This document shows positions 38,847-49,485 of a DNA stretch of 64,000 nt, one piece after another. The stretch is from an uncultured Chlamydiae bacterium (GTDB lineage: Bacteria > Chlamydiota > Chlamydiia > Chlamydiales > JAJFMA01). A model generated the notes under the pieces. It saw nothing but the letters and a program-made list of their open reading frames with translations. It did no database searches and was not told where the DNA came from. Both the position numbers and the translations under genes were made by a program. The stretch covers positions 2,688,001 through 2,752,000 of the forward strand of contig CAVQMM010000001.1 of the NCBI GenBank assembly GCA_963713615.1. Direction: 5' to 3'. Every line of letters begins with the position of its first letter. The stretch's first letter is position 1.

Positions 38847-40420
38847 CTCTTGCCTGTCCCTACGCTAACCCCAGTCATGAAGTCTAACGCTTTGTTAAGA
38901 CCCCTTATATTGATCGATTTGAAGTGCCTAATGTCACTAGGCCGAATGACCTTGAAGAACCTGATCATGGCGATCCATAGCACAGCATAAATCCCTGCCA
39001 AGGCAAACAGTCCCAATAGATTGGGTGAAGGGATGAGCAGGAATAGCATCGCACCAAGAACCACCGAAGGAATCAAAACTCGTATAAAAAAAGACAGAGG
39101 GAAGAAGATGCCACCCAATAGACCGCGAATGACCCATAGCTTCAGCGGACTTACCAGAAGAAAAGTAATCACTATCGCCGCTAAAGCACCGGCCAACCCA
39201 AAATGTTTGATGAGAATGTAATCGAGGCTAAGGTTAATCCCCAGATGCACTACGTTTAACCACATCGTATTGGCTACCTTTTCTGTGGCTGTCAGGGCCA
39301 TGGAAAGAGGTATCCAAATCATTGGCAGAAGACGAAAAATACAAAAAAACGAAGCGATTAGTCCTGCAGGGGCCATTGCACTTCCATACACGACCTCCAC
39401 GCCTCTGTGGGCGAAAAAGGCACCGAAGCAGGCTAGGGGGACCGTTATAATGATAAGAGCCTGGAAAACACCTGCTGTCAAGTCTCCCAAGCTAGCTTTG
39501 TGTCTTGAATAAGCCTCTGACAATGCCGTCGTAAACAGCGTTTGTAAGGCCATAGGGACAAAGGTAAGCAGCTGGTTCGCCAGCATCAGTCCTAGCGAAT
39601 AGTAGCCTAAAATAGCATGTGATGCAAAGTAGCCTAGAAAAAATATCTCAGAGTATTGCGAAAGCAACTTGTTGGTAATGGCCATGAAGGTCATTGGCAA
39701 GGTCAATTTCAGCACCCGACGCCGTCCAATACCTGGGCGAACGACATGATCTTTCCAAGCTTTGAAGAAACGCTGTAGCTTCGACAGGCTCAGAAGAGCC
39801 ATGAGGGCTATGGAACCACTAAAAGCAATCAAGACAGCCTTCACAGAAAAGCTACCAGTGAAATAGAGCACCACAAGCCATATGATGAAGATAATAGCCT
39901 GCCCTACACTGGTGACGGCCAAGAAGCGCGCCATAAATAGAGAGGTAAATAGATTATTCAAAAACTCTTTGGTTACAAGCATAGCAGTGAACAGCACGAC
40001 AACAAGAACGTAGGGGCCAAATGCGATATGAAAAAGCTGCGATATCCAAGGTACCAAGGCATATAGAAGTGTTCCTGTCAAAAGAAGAGCTGCTCCTTGC
40101 ATCAAGACAGAATTAAGCAAAAAACGTCTCAGCCCGGCCCGATTGGCCGAGGTCGTTAACTCAGGAACAAAGCGCAGTAAACTCTGATTAAGCCCCATCG
40201 TACAAAATACCATGAGATAATCAGCCATACTCCCTAACAGCGAATAGACACCATAATCCGTGGGACCAAGGCTGCGTACGATAATGATGGATATGGCGAA
40301 GTAGAGGAAAAATGTAAGGATCTTGCCAATCAGTAACCAAGGTACTGATGACAAAGCCTCACGCGAGAAGAACGCTCCCGGCGGCGCATCGCCACCGGGT
40401 TGGCTGGAATTCACGTCCAA
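38843..40420 (-). CDS. Wzx-like polysaccharide flippase
   Basis: RSLGPTDYGVYS; about 14 TM segments; LIKHFGLAGA. Confidence 0.85.
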   Translation of the reverse strand: MDVNSSQPGGDAPPGAFFSREALSSVPWLLIGKILTFFLYFAISIIIVRSLGPTDYGVYSLLGSMADYLMVFCTMGLNQSLLRFVPELTTSANRAGLRRFLLNSVLMQGAALLLTGTLLYALVPWISQLFHIAFGPYVLVVVLFTAMLVTKEFLNNLFTSLFMARFLAVTSVGQAIIFIIWLVVLYFTGSFSVKAVLIAFSGSIALMALLSLSKLQRFFKAWKDHVVRPGIGRRRVLKLTLPMTFMAITNKLLSQYSEIFFLGYFASHAILGYYSLGLMLANQLLTFVPMALQTLFTTALSEAYSRHKASLGDLTAGVFQALIIITVPLACFGAFFAHRGVEVVYGSAMAPAGLIASFFCIFRLLPMIWIPLSMALTATEKVANTMWLNVVHLGINLSLDYILIKHFGLAGALAAIVITFLLVSPLKLWVIRGLLGGIFFPLSFFIRVLIPSVVLGAMLFLLIPSPNLLGLFALAGIYAVLWIAMIRFFKVIRPSDIRHFKSINIRGLNKALDFMTGVSVGTGKR

Positions 40421-40424
40421 CTGC

Positions 40425-41669
40425 TTATGGACTCGTTATGGGTGCTGGCGGCTGAACTATCCCGTTTACATTGATGTTTGGTATCACGTTAACAGGTGTA
40501 TTAGTGACGGCTTCACCGGTGATATTGGACCAGGCTATTGAACCAAAATCTGATGCCGCCGTCGATACATATATCCTTATGGCATACTGCACCAACTCGC
40601 GGAATGATGTAAATGTCCTAGGTGGAACATAAACAATATCGCCTGGTCTCAGCAAAAAGTCCGGTTCGCAGCCTCTGAGAATGAGGTTGAGGTCAATATA
40701 GAAGGTATAGGGCTCATTGAGAGACCCGCGCACAACTAAGACCCTCGAGCTGGCATTAAAGGTCATGCCACCAGCTAATGCTATCGACTCAGCCAATGTG
40801 ACTTTATTGAGGTATCCTAGTGAGGAAGGCAGTGCTACCTCGCCCATCACATAGATCTCCTTCTCCAGAGCGCTAGGGACGTAGATGTAGTCGCCGGGTT
40901 CTATCACAACATCATGCTGAGTATCTCCCTCAACTACCAACTTCTTAAAGTCGACCGAAACATACTGCCCTTTACGCAATAGAAAAGCGCGGCTAAGGTC
41001 CGCTAAGTCAACCGTCATCGTGCGAAAACTACCCGATGGAAAACCACCAGCTCGACAAAGCGCTGATAGAATCGTCTCTCTACCTAAAAGTGACTTGCGA
41101 CCAGGCACATTGACCCATCCTAGGATAGTATAGGATTGGCCTCCAAATTCAACCGGGCTCAAACTCACAAAAGTATAGCGATAGACCTTGCGGATGCGCG
41201 CGTTCATTTCCTTGCGAACTTCATCGATATTCTTACCAACAACATCCAAAGTGCCAATAATAGGATACGTGACTGTACCTGCCGCATCGACAGTGACGTC
41301 ACGCTCCGTATTAGGTTCGCCATAAATGGCAACGGATAGGCGATCGCCAATTTGAAGTTTATATAAGGCACTGGTGGGATCGGTGTGTCGCGGATCTTTA
41401 GAGGGTTCCTTGATGGCAACTTTATCTGGCGAGATATGCTTCAAAGGCCTGATGACAGGACTATTGGTAGCAGGTGCTTCCACAAAGCGAAAATTATCGT
41501 CACCCCCATCAGACTGTGACTGCGCCATTAGGGCCCTATCGACCCAATAAGGCCTAGCATCCGCAGCCAACGATTGTTGACCTACTATAAGCAGCGCAAG
41601 GGACAAGAGAGCACGCCGAACCCAATTGATACCAACTATACCAACGCCTGTTTTTATCACGTCGAGCAT
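40425..41669 (-). CDS. Polysaccharide export protein (Wza-like, SLBB domains)
   Basis: YKLQIGDRL, GTVTYPIIG, IYVMGEV, LRPGDIVYVP. Confidence 0.85.
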   Translation of the reverse strand: MLDVIKTGVGIVGINWVRRALLSLALLIVGQQSLAADARPYWVDRALMAQSQSDGGDDNFRFVEAPATNSPVIRPLKHISPDKVAIKEPSKDPRHTDPTSALYKLQIGDRLSVAIYGEPNTERDVTVDAAGTVTYPIIGTLDVVGKNIDEVRKEMNARIRKVYRYTFVSLSPVEFGGQSYTILGWVNVPGRKSLLGRETILSALCRAGGFPSGSFRTMTVDLADLSRAFLLRKGQYVSVDFKKLVVEGDTQHDVVIEPGDYIYVPSALEKEIYVMGEVALPSSLGYLNKVTLAESIALAGGMTFNASSRVLVVRGSLNEPYTFYIDLNLILRGCEPDFLLRPGDIVYVPPRTFTSFRELVQYAIRIYVSTAASDFGSIAWSNITGEAVTNTPVNVIPNINVNGIVQPPAPITSP

Positions 41670-41688
41670 CGCCCAAGGTCTCCGTTAC

Positions 41689-42885
41689 TTAGTTTACAAT
41701 CTTGTTCACGTGGTATAGCGCCGCCGAACCCATGAAGGCCGAGACGAAGGACTCGATAGCAAGTTTTACCAGTGCCTTGCCAAATCGCAGTTCTTGAGCT
41801 GGTATATATACAATGTCTCCAGCCTGCAAATAGACGTCCTTGGCTTCACCAGTCAGAATAGCCATAAAGTTTGCCCTGATCACACAGGGACAATCCAAGG
41901 AGCCTCTAAGGATCAATATCTCGCGCCAGTTTCCGTTAATATAGGGATCCCAACTCCTAGGCCCATATACCGGTGACAAAGCGCTAATGAGCGTTAGGTC
42001 ATCCCGGAAGGGCACTACGCGCCCACCAACCACACCGATAAGATAAACTTCTTCATCCAATGCCGATGCGATATATACATAGTCACCGGGCTTGAGGTAA
42101 ATATTCTGCGAGTCATCGCCTCTTTGAATCAAGCCTTCGAAGTCGACGTTGAGGAGCACACCTTTACGAGCAACAAAAGACTTTGTCAGGTTGGCGATAT
42201 GCATGGTGGATCCGCGATAACCGCCGTCATTAAGGCCACCAGCCTCACCGATGGCACTACGGAGGTCAACAGCGGTGTTCAAGGGGTAGACACCAGGCCT
42301 CATGACCTTACCCAAAACCATGAAGTAATCAGCAGCCTTGACTTTTGGTACTACAGCGACATTTGGCGACGTCAGCATCACCCCCAAGCCCTTTTCGATA
42401 TCAGCTGCTAGCTCTTCGGGTGTGCGTCCCTCAGCTTTAATGCCGTCCAGGTACATGAAGTAGATATAGCCATCGGGAGCGACAACGACCTCACCCAGGC
42501 CATTTTCGTCGTTTGTGAAGATAGAGACTTCTAACACATCACCTTTGTTAATACGGTAGGGTTCCTTTCTGAGTTGTAACTTCTCCAAGTACTCAGGAGG
42601 CACCTTTCCCTTATTCGCATCAGGTGCGTGACCGCAGGGATCGAAATCTACAATCACCTCAGGGTAATGAACCATGACAGGAGGACGACGCCCACAGCAG
42701 GTAAGTGCGCATGTCTCGGGGACAACACGCACAGTACAACCCCGCTTATAGATTGTGCAGCTGGTAAAGGATGATAAACAGCTCGCGGTCATGATGACCA
42801 GCAACAAACAGGATCTCAGCCAACAGCTTCTTTGTGACATTTCTATGGTCATCCCTTGTCTCCCTACCAGCTCATCGCTACGCAT
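41689..42885 (-). CDS. Polysaccharide export protein (second Wza-like); start uncertain
   Basis: YRINKGDVL, VAPDGYI, VLGKVMRPGVY, LQAGDIVYIP. Confidence 0.85.
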   Translation of the reverse strand: MRSDELVGRQGMTIEMSQRSCWLRSCLLLVIMTASCLSSFTSCTIYKRGCTVRVVPETCALTCCGRRPPVMVHYPEVIVDFDPCGHAPDANKGKVPPEYLEKLQLRKEPYRINKGDVLEVSIFTNDENGLGEVVVAPDGYIYFMYLDGIKAEGRTPEELAADIEKGLGVMLTSPNVAVVPKVKAADYFMVLGKVMRPGVYPLNTAVDLRSAIGEAGGLNDGGYRGSTMHIANLTKSFVARKGVLLNVDFEGLIQRGDDSQNIYLKPGDYVYIASALDEEVYLIGVVGGRVVPFRDDLTLISALSPVYGPRSWDPYINGNWREILILRGSLDCPCVIRANFMAILTGEAKDVYLQAGDIVYIPAQELRFGKALVKLAIESFVSAFMGSAALYHVNKIVN

Positions 42886-42893
42886 GTACTGTG

Positions 42894-45023
42894 TTACTTA
42901 TTGCTAAACCAGGATTTAAGCCCTGACGCGTGGTCACTATCTGACTGTCTTCCTTCTACCTGAACTCTAACATCATCGATAAAGATCTTGAGAGCACGGT
43001 TAAGCACTAGCCCAATAGGCCGGATGTCTACCAGTTCACATTCATGTAAGCTCGCATCCACATATTCTCGTTTTACCTTGTTCGAACCAATGATGAAGAC
43101 AAAGTCCTTTACATGGTCTAAGATATTTAAAGCGTAGTCTCGCTCAATGATACCAGGGCAGTCCATCAAAACAACATCGAACTGACGCTGAAGCTCCTCC
43201 ACGAGCTGAGCCATCTTACCCCTTCTGATGATATCCTTAAGGTCGCTTTCAGCCCCAACAGTCACACGGCAAGGTTCACCTCGGTAAATAATCTCATCAA
43301 GATTAGCCTGTCCGCGAAGATAGTCCACTGCCGTCTTGCTAGCAACCTGATGTGGCTCAAAGAGTGAAGCACTAGAAGGATCCCATTCCACAACGACAAC
43401 TTTTTTTCCTAAGCGCTGCCATAAACATGCTAAGCAATAGGTTAAAGTACTCTTACCCTCGCCCCCTATAGAACTCGTAATGGCAAGAGTGAACTTTTCA
43501 CGACCGTGCAATAGTCTATGAAGGCTTTCTTCAAGGTAGCTTACATAGGGCTTTAAGCGCTCTTCGGCATTTCTGGGCGTCGTGCGGGCCAATTCAGGAA
43601 TGGTCAGCAGGCAAGGCACTGTATAGAAACCGTCCAGTTCTTTAGAAGTACGAATCTTCGGATCGAGAACCTCAAGCATAGCCGCCAGGCACAATCCAAA
43701 ACCGATACCAACCAAGAAACCTATCAGGGGTAATAGGTCGACAAGAATGTTATCCTGTGCCTGAGCTTTACCAGCTGGAAGGTAGAGATCGATGTCACCC
43801 TTACCCAGCTTCAGCATCATGTCAGTAGCTTTCATGACGGCTTCGGTGTCTTTAAGATCTTGCTCATAGCGAGTCTTCTCATCGAGCATGCGGGAGAACT
43901 GCATTTCCTCGGCTGGAAGGTTATCCATGTTTTTCTTCTGGGCGTCGTAGGCTGCAGTCAGATCATCTTTAAGCATCTGAGCGGAACGCACTTTTCCTCG
44001 AAGACCAACCAGGTTAAGGTTGAGCTGTTCTTTAACGGGGTTTTTCTCCCATTGTTGAAACGGCCTGTTGGCAGGGTTCTGATCCTGCGGCTTGGCAAGC
44101 ATCGCATGCAATTCTGTAAGCTCAGCTTCCAAAACTTTTATTTTGGGGTTTTCAGGAGCATAACGCGTTTTGGCTTCTAATAATGCTAGCTCTGTCTGCA
44201 AAAGCCTACGTTGCATAGGATTGTCTTCAACGGTGCTCCTGACGACGGTATCAGGCATCCGCGCTGTTTCACGTCGTAGATTCTCATATTCGATGAGCAT
44301 GCCATTGTATGTCATAATAGCATCTTGCAAACGCTTTTCCGAATCGACCATCCCTTTCACTGCTATCAACCCTTCAGGGGTAACATCGATGAAAGAATGC
44401 GCTCTGCGGAAGTCGGCAATCTCTTGAATTTTCTCACTAATTTTCTGCTCAAACGTTGTAGCCTGACTCGCAAGGTAGTCATACGCCGACTTCAATTGGC
44501 GCTTGGCATACTCCTGACCATCCTTTACAACCACAGAAGCAAGGGTATTGGCAATGTCAGTTGCTAGGTTTGGATTGCTTGCCGATACAGTAATGTCGAT
44601 CAGGTTAGAGTCTCCTAAAGGTGGTTTGACGTCGATCAGTTTACCAAGCTCCTGTTCAGACATATCCAAACCAAGAATCGAACGAACCGCATTTAGGTGC
44701 GCTGGTAACGTGACCATTTCCGTAGCCGACGTCATCGTAAAGTGACCTAAGGGCAAATTCTCGGGAAGAAACTTAGAAGTTTGAACCTCAAACATCAAAT
44801 AAGCATCTGCCACATAGATATTTTGCAGATGTAGCGCCAAGGCGCCAAAAACGAGCGCGAAGGCAATCGAGCTGGCAACAACCAACCATAAACGCCTTAG
44901 AATACCTCGGAATATTTTGACGAGGTCAAAGCGGCGAGCGATGTCTTCAATTCCGCCCCTACGGACTATGGAACGCCCTGGGCGAGCTTCTTCAGGTCCT
45001 AACTCCACAGTCTGATCAGACAT
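42894..45023 (-). CDS. Polysaccharide co-polymerase, Wzc/GumC family
   Basis: Two TMs flanking a coiled coil (RYAPENPKI); Walker A TSSIGGEGKS; DVVLMDCP. Confidence 0.87.
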   Translation of the reverse strand: MSDQTVELGPEEARPGRSIVRRGGIEDIARRFDLVKIFRGILRRLWLVVASSIAFALVFGALALHLQNIYVADAYLMFEVQTSKFLPENLPLGHFTMTSATEMVTLPAHLNAVRSILGLDMSEQELGKLIDVKPPLGDSNLIDITVSASNPNLATDIANTLASVVVKDGQEYAKRQLKSAYDYLASQATTFEQKISEKIQEIADFRRAHSFIDVTPEGLIAVKGMVDSEKRLQDAIMTYNGMLIEYENLRRETARMPDTVVRSTVEDNPMQRRLLQTELALLEAKTRYAPENPKIKVLEAELTELHAMLAKPQDQNPANRPFQQWEKNPVKEQLNLNLVGLRGKVRSAQMLKDDLTAAYDAQKKNMDNLPAEEMQFSRMLDEKTRYEQDLKDTEAVMKATDMMLKLGKGDIDLYLPAGKAQAQDNILVDLLPLIGFLVGIGFGLCLAAMLEVLDPKIRTSKELDGFYTVPCLLTIPELARTTPRNAEERLKPYVSYLEESLHRLLHGREKFTLAITSSIGGEGKSTLTYCLACLWQRLGKKVVVVEWDPSSASLFEPHQVASKTAVDYLRGQANLDEIIYRGEPCRVTVGAESDLKDIIRRGKMAQLVEELQRQFDVVLMDCPGIIERDYALNILDHVKDFVFIIGSNKVKREYVDASLHECELVDIRPIGLVLNRALKIFIDDVRVQVEGRQSDSDHASGLKSWFSNK

Positions 45024-45338
45024 GGTCTTTCTCCCATTCGTAGATACTCAGATGTTACGCCTTTACTGTGTACCCGACCACGGCAACTCATGCTACCGCG
45101 GCGAGTTTGAACGTAAGACAATCCAGATCTCATTTTTTCCCATTTGTATGCAAACAATAAACTTCAAATCATTTAAATTCTTGTTCCGCCAGGTCAATGG
45201 AACCGCGATGACATGAACTCCCAATTGCGTTCCAAAGAAATGTGTTTGTGGTACACATTCCTATAGGATTCACTGTGCACTTGTCAATGTCAAACTCAAA
45301 ATTTAGAAATTTAATGCAAGATCTCTCGTAAAGGACCC

Positions 45339-47477
45339 CTAGCCCCTCTTGGGAACAATGGCAGGCTTTAGAGAAGGATCAATTGTCGGACCAAAAACCT
45401 GATTTGGTGATGCTGTCAGGTGATAAATCTGTATGCGGCGCTGATGGTCATCTTTGGTTTGAAAGACCAATTTCATCCCTGGCAACCCCACCTCCAAGGC
45501 AGGTAGAAGCTCTGGGTTGACCTTGAGGAGGAAGGGTTCATATAGAATGAGCCAGTGGCTGTTATGTTCTCTCACGAAGTTTACGATACGTCTTGGATCG
45601 TAATGGATCAAGCGATTGATTGTGGGGTGCTGGGCGAGGAATCCTGTTGTAGATATAAAACCATAACCACAACCAACCAACGTGTCACCAGGTGGTACAT
45701 GGTTGTCGATCCAATCGGCCAATACTCTGTTATATGCATAACCCTGCTCAATCTGCTGACCCCGCCAAAAAATTAGAACCAGACACAAGGCCAGAACAAA
45801 ACTAGCCACCCAAAAATAAGCGTTTTCCATGTATTGATTTCGAGCCAAGAAGCAGCTGAGCGCAAGCAAACCAGCGGCTCCGAAAAGGTGCACTGGAAGA
45901 AGGCTAGCAAATAATAGACGCGGCTCCACGTATAGAAGGGGATAGGCGATGATGGGAAAGAATAACATCACCAACCAAGGCCATTCTGGCATCAACGTAC
46001 GATTAATGCCTCGGGTAAACAAAGGCAAGCAAAAAGCAAAGAACCAAAGCGGTGTGAGCAATACTCCTGGAGTACTTTTTAAAGTATGCAGGAGGTTGGC
46101 AGGAAACCTATATAGCCAGATTAATATATGTTGCTCTATCCCTGTTTCGGGCCACTTACCCGTCGTCATTCTGCCCGCGAAACCATAAACCTCTCGGGCA
46201 GAACTCTGCGGATCAAGCTGTTCAGAGTATTGTTGTGAAAACACCGATACCTTTTTGAATAGTCCAATATCTCCTAAAAGGACCTTTGACGTGGTCGAGT
46301 ACATAATCACGACTGCAAAAAAGCCTGCCAGAACTAGGCCCAAACAACGCCAAGGATCGGTATACCATGGGGATCTGCTAGGAATTTCCTTACTACGGGC
46401 ACGCTGGGCCAGTATGAGCAAGCCGATGAGAGAGCCAAGAAAGAGGATGAAGCCTTCATTCCGAACGCAGAAATGAACACCAAAACCGACACCGGCGATC
46501 AAAAGGGTAATTTTGGAACATTCCTTCCAACTACTTCGCGCTAACAATGCTGTGCCAACAGCCAGAGCAAGTAGATAAAAGGTTTCAGAGTACCCGTTGC
46601 ACGAGTAGATGACCAAACGTGGATGCAGCACTGTCAACCACCCCGCCAACCATGCTACTCTCTCACCATAGTAACATCGAGCTATCCAGGCTACGGGCAG
46701 GGCCAACAAAACACCAGGAATAAAGGATGCGCTGATGGCGCTTTGAATCGGACTCATTCCAATATAAAAGAAAATAGCTTCCCAGAAGCAGAAAGGATTT
46801 GTCCATCCCGATTGCGCCTTATCCCATTGCCCTTTAGCAATAGCTTCCGCTGTCCAACCATAGTTGACGGCATCGCCATAGACAGCGGTTGTGACTCCCA
46901 GGTAGAGCAAACGCACCACCATCGCCCCGACCGCTAAAGTGGTCAACTGTGCTGCCAGCGAAAAACCCAAACTTTGTGCCTCGAAACGGAAGTTCCTTCG
47001 AAAGGCCTCAACAACAATGGGACGAAAAACACTAATCCTATAGCCAAGGAATGCGAAAATGCTGGCAGTGGCTACACCTACGAGCTTAGCCATGTTTATA
47101 CCGGCCAATCGCGAGACATCAAATTCATCTTGCAGAAATTGATAGACAAACAAGAAGACCGAGGTGTTGACCATCATAGCCAAAAAGGCAACGCCAAAGT
47201 ACTTCATCATGGTGGAATGAGGCAAAGGCTTATCGCTAAATCCAAACGTCCAGGTTTTATTGATGCGATAGCTATTCAGTGTTGCTACGAAGCAAGCACT
47301 CAAAGAGATGACGAATAGAGCAGCGGAACTACTGGCTCCGGTGATAATCACCAACGTATTCGTAAGAGTAAAGTCGATGAGGGTATTAAGCAAACCGACG
47401 AGCCCATACCGAGCGAGCTGTCGCAAGCCATGCTGCACGCTTTCAACGTTTTTGTTTTCCTGCAATGGCTCGTACAC
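45339..47477 (-). CDS. GtrA-domain plus GT-C (ArnT/PMT-like) membrane glycosyltransferase fusion
   Basis: N-terminal RYGLVGLLNTLIDF...SYRINKTWTF (GtrA), then GDAVNY, YSE, VRNEG in a multi-TM domain. Confidence 0.75.
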   Translation of the reverse strand: MYEPLQENKNVESVQHGLRQLARYGLVGLLNTLIDFTLTNTLVIITGASSSAALFVISLSACFVATLNSYRINKTWTFGFSDKPLPHSTMMKYFGVAFLAMMVNTSVFLFVYQFLQDEFDVSRLAGINMAKLVGVATASIFAFLGYRISVFRPIVVEAFRRNFRFEAQSLGFSLAAQLTTLAVGAMVVRLLYLGVTTAVYGDAVNYGWTAEAIAKGQWDKAQSGWTNPFCFWEAIFFYIGMSPIQSAISASFIPGVLLALPVAWIARCYYGERVAWLAGWLTVLHPRLVIYSCNGYSETFYLLALAVGTALLARSSWKECSKITLLIAGVGFGVHFCVRNEGFILFLGSLIGLLILAQRARSKEIPSRSPWYTDPWRCLGLVLAGFFAVVIMYSTTSKVLLGDIGLFKKVSVFSQQYSEQLDPQSSAREVYGFAGRMTTGKWPETGIEQHILIWLYRFPANLLHTLKSTPGVLLTPLWFFAFCLPLFTRGINRTLMPEWPWLVMLFFPIIAYPLLYVEPRLLFASLLPVHLFGAAGLLALSCFLARNQYMENAYFWVASFVLALCLVLIFWRGQQIEQGYAYNRVLADWIDNHVPPGDTLVGCGYGFISTTGFLAQHPTINRLIHYDPRRIVNFVREHNSHWLILYEPFLLKVNPELLPALEVGLPGMKLVFQTKDDHQRRIQIYHLTASPNQVFGPTIDPSLKPAIVPKRG

Positions 47478-47549
47478 TCTGCCTCCTGCATGTCAGCACT
47501 ATCACAGTTATTGCAGAATCGCCAACCATTTTATAGGATTTTCTTCGTT

Positions 47550-47960
47550 GAATCCGAGCCCGAGCCCGTATGCATGCCCATATACGTTAAGCTAAGAGAA
47601 TTAGGAATTTTCACCGCCGAGGCGCCGAGACACCGAGATAGGAGAGAGAGGATTAGGAGAGAATGTGCCGTTTGTGTGTCCTTGGACAGCATTTTGCCCA
47701 AGGACACACAAACGGCACAGGTGCTCAATCTAACTTTTTTTGTTAAATTGAGAACCTGTTCAGTTACTGCTCTGGACAAAACCCAGTCTAAGGGCTCTAC
47801 AGAATCTTATTCTTGCGGGAACCCTTAGACTGGGTTTTGTCCAGAGCAGTAACTGAAAATTCTCTCCTCTCTTTCCTAATCTCGGTGTCTCGGCGGTGAA
47901 AATTCCTAATTCTCTTGGCTTAACGCATATGGGCTCGAGCTCCTACCCAGAACGGTTACC
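47550..47960. repeat. Family C element, copy 2, enclosing three tandem hairpins
   Basis: Arms match 31286-31637; internal perfect 22-bp and 36-bp stems. Confidence 0.88.
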
Positions 47961-48043
47961 AAAAAGCATCTGAATATTAGCTCTTGATGCAAATCATTTT
48001 TTTCGCTAAGCCAATATGCTAGGCGACAAGGTAGGTTGGTTTT

Positions 48044-49483
48044 ATGGTCTATAAAATAATAGTCTTCTGGTTAGGCTCGATTTTCTTCATCCCGTTCGGC
48101 TATTTTGCATGCCGTGTTTTTAAGCCAGCCGTCTATGCCATTTTTGCCCTGATGCTGCTCTCACTGGGCGATGTCGATGACCTTAGTATTACCTTCTTTG
48201 GTCACCAAGAATACAAGATGGCTACCCGGGGTCTGGAGATCGCTCTAGCTGACCTGTGCGCAATCGTCCTATTGCTCTATATCCTTTTTACCACTCCGCG
48301 ACAGGAGTTGATTAAGTTTCCACCTCTAACCCTTCCGCAGTTCTTTTTTATCTTTGTCGCCGTCCTGTCGTGGCTAGCCACTAAGAGTGTAGCTCCTAAC
48401 CCCTTAGCCGCTGAAATTGCATCGTTTAACCCAAATAGCCAAGAATATTCTCACGCATTGGAACCCACATTCCGCCTAGGACTATACCCCCTCTTTGAGA
48501 TTGCCAAACTATTTAGAGGTTTTCTTTTCTTTTGGATTGCGGTAAACCTTTCTAAGGACCCGAACATTATTCGGGTGATGTACGTCGTTTTCTCAGTACT
48601 GATTGTATACTTCACCGCCAAATCATTAATCTTGCGCTACGTGTATGGCGTTAACCGCGTGACAGCAGGCATTGGTCACTACAATAACTTCAATACTTTC
48701 GTAGGGCTAATGGGAGCATTTATGCTACCCCTGGCATTTTCGTCGAAACGTTTTTTAATCAGTGCATTCATATGGATTTTGATGCTTTCCACTGTGGTGT
48801 GTATTATTCTGACCATCAGCCGTTCAGCGCTGGCAGCCTTTGGAATAGCTCTTTTTTTCGGCGTTCCCGTGCTATTGTTAAAGTTCTTCAATGCCAAGAA
48901 TCTCCTTTTTATGATGCTGGGTATTCTCACTATGATCGGACTTCTCGCTAAGGCTGAGAAGACTCTGACGGAGCGTTTTGTCTACAAAAACCCAACCGAA
49001 AAGGCCTGGGCGGAACGCACCGCACTCAACAACGAAGCCAAAATGATGGCTCATGACTTCCCTCTTGGCGTAGGACTTGGCAATTTCTCCGCATGGTCTA
49101 TCTTACGTTATTCGCAGCTAACGGGCGCTGAAATTGGAAACTTTGCTCACAATTCTTTCTACCTGACAATGGGTGAGATGGGTTATCTGGGCCTATTCGC
49201 CTTTATGGTCTTCTGGGGCCGATTTGCGCAACTTGGCTTTATCGCTTTTATATACCGACTTTTAGGTAACGATCGCTTTGCGTTTGGGGCCATTATGGGC
49301 GCTGACTTGGCAATACTATTTCTTTTGCCGCAATTATGGTTCCAATTTACTTATCGAGTATCAGCCGTGTATCTCTTAGTGCACATCATCCTCGGTGTTG
49401 GTATACGACAATATCTGATGGTGATGCAGGAGAAAAAAGTGTCACTCCTTGAATCATTAACTGGAAAACGTGCTGCGGTATAA
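48044..49483 (+). CDS. O-antigen ligase/Wzy polymerase family protein
   Basis: HYNNF, LTISRSA, PLGVGLGNF, AHNSFY...GEMGYLG. Confidence 0.85.
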   Translation: MVYKIIVFWLGSIFFIPFGYFACRVFKPAVYAIFALMLLSLGDVDDLSITFFGHQEYKMATRGLEIALADLCAIVLLLYILFTTPRQELIKFPPLTLPQFFFIFVAVLSWLATKSVAPNPLAAEIASFNPNSQEYSHALEPTFRLGLYPLFEIAKLFRGFLFFWIAVNLSKDPNIIRVMYVVFSVLIVYFTAKSLILRYVYGVNRVTAGIGHYNNFNTFVGLMGAFMLPLAFSSKRFLISAFIWILMLSTVVCIILTISRSALAAFGIALFFGVPVLLLKFFNAKNLLFMMLGILTMIGLLAKAEKTLTERFVYKNPTEKAWAERTALNNEAKMMAHDFPLGVGLGNFSAWSILRYSQLTGAEIGNFAHNSFYLTMGEMGYLGLFAFMVFWGRFAQLGFIAFIYRLLGNDRFAFGAIMGADLAILFLLPQLWFQFTYRVSAVYLLVHIILGVGIRQYLMVMQEKKVSLLESLTGKRAAV

Positions 49484-49485
49484 GC

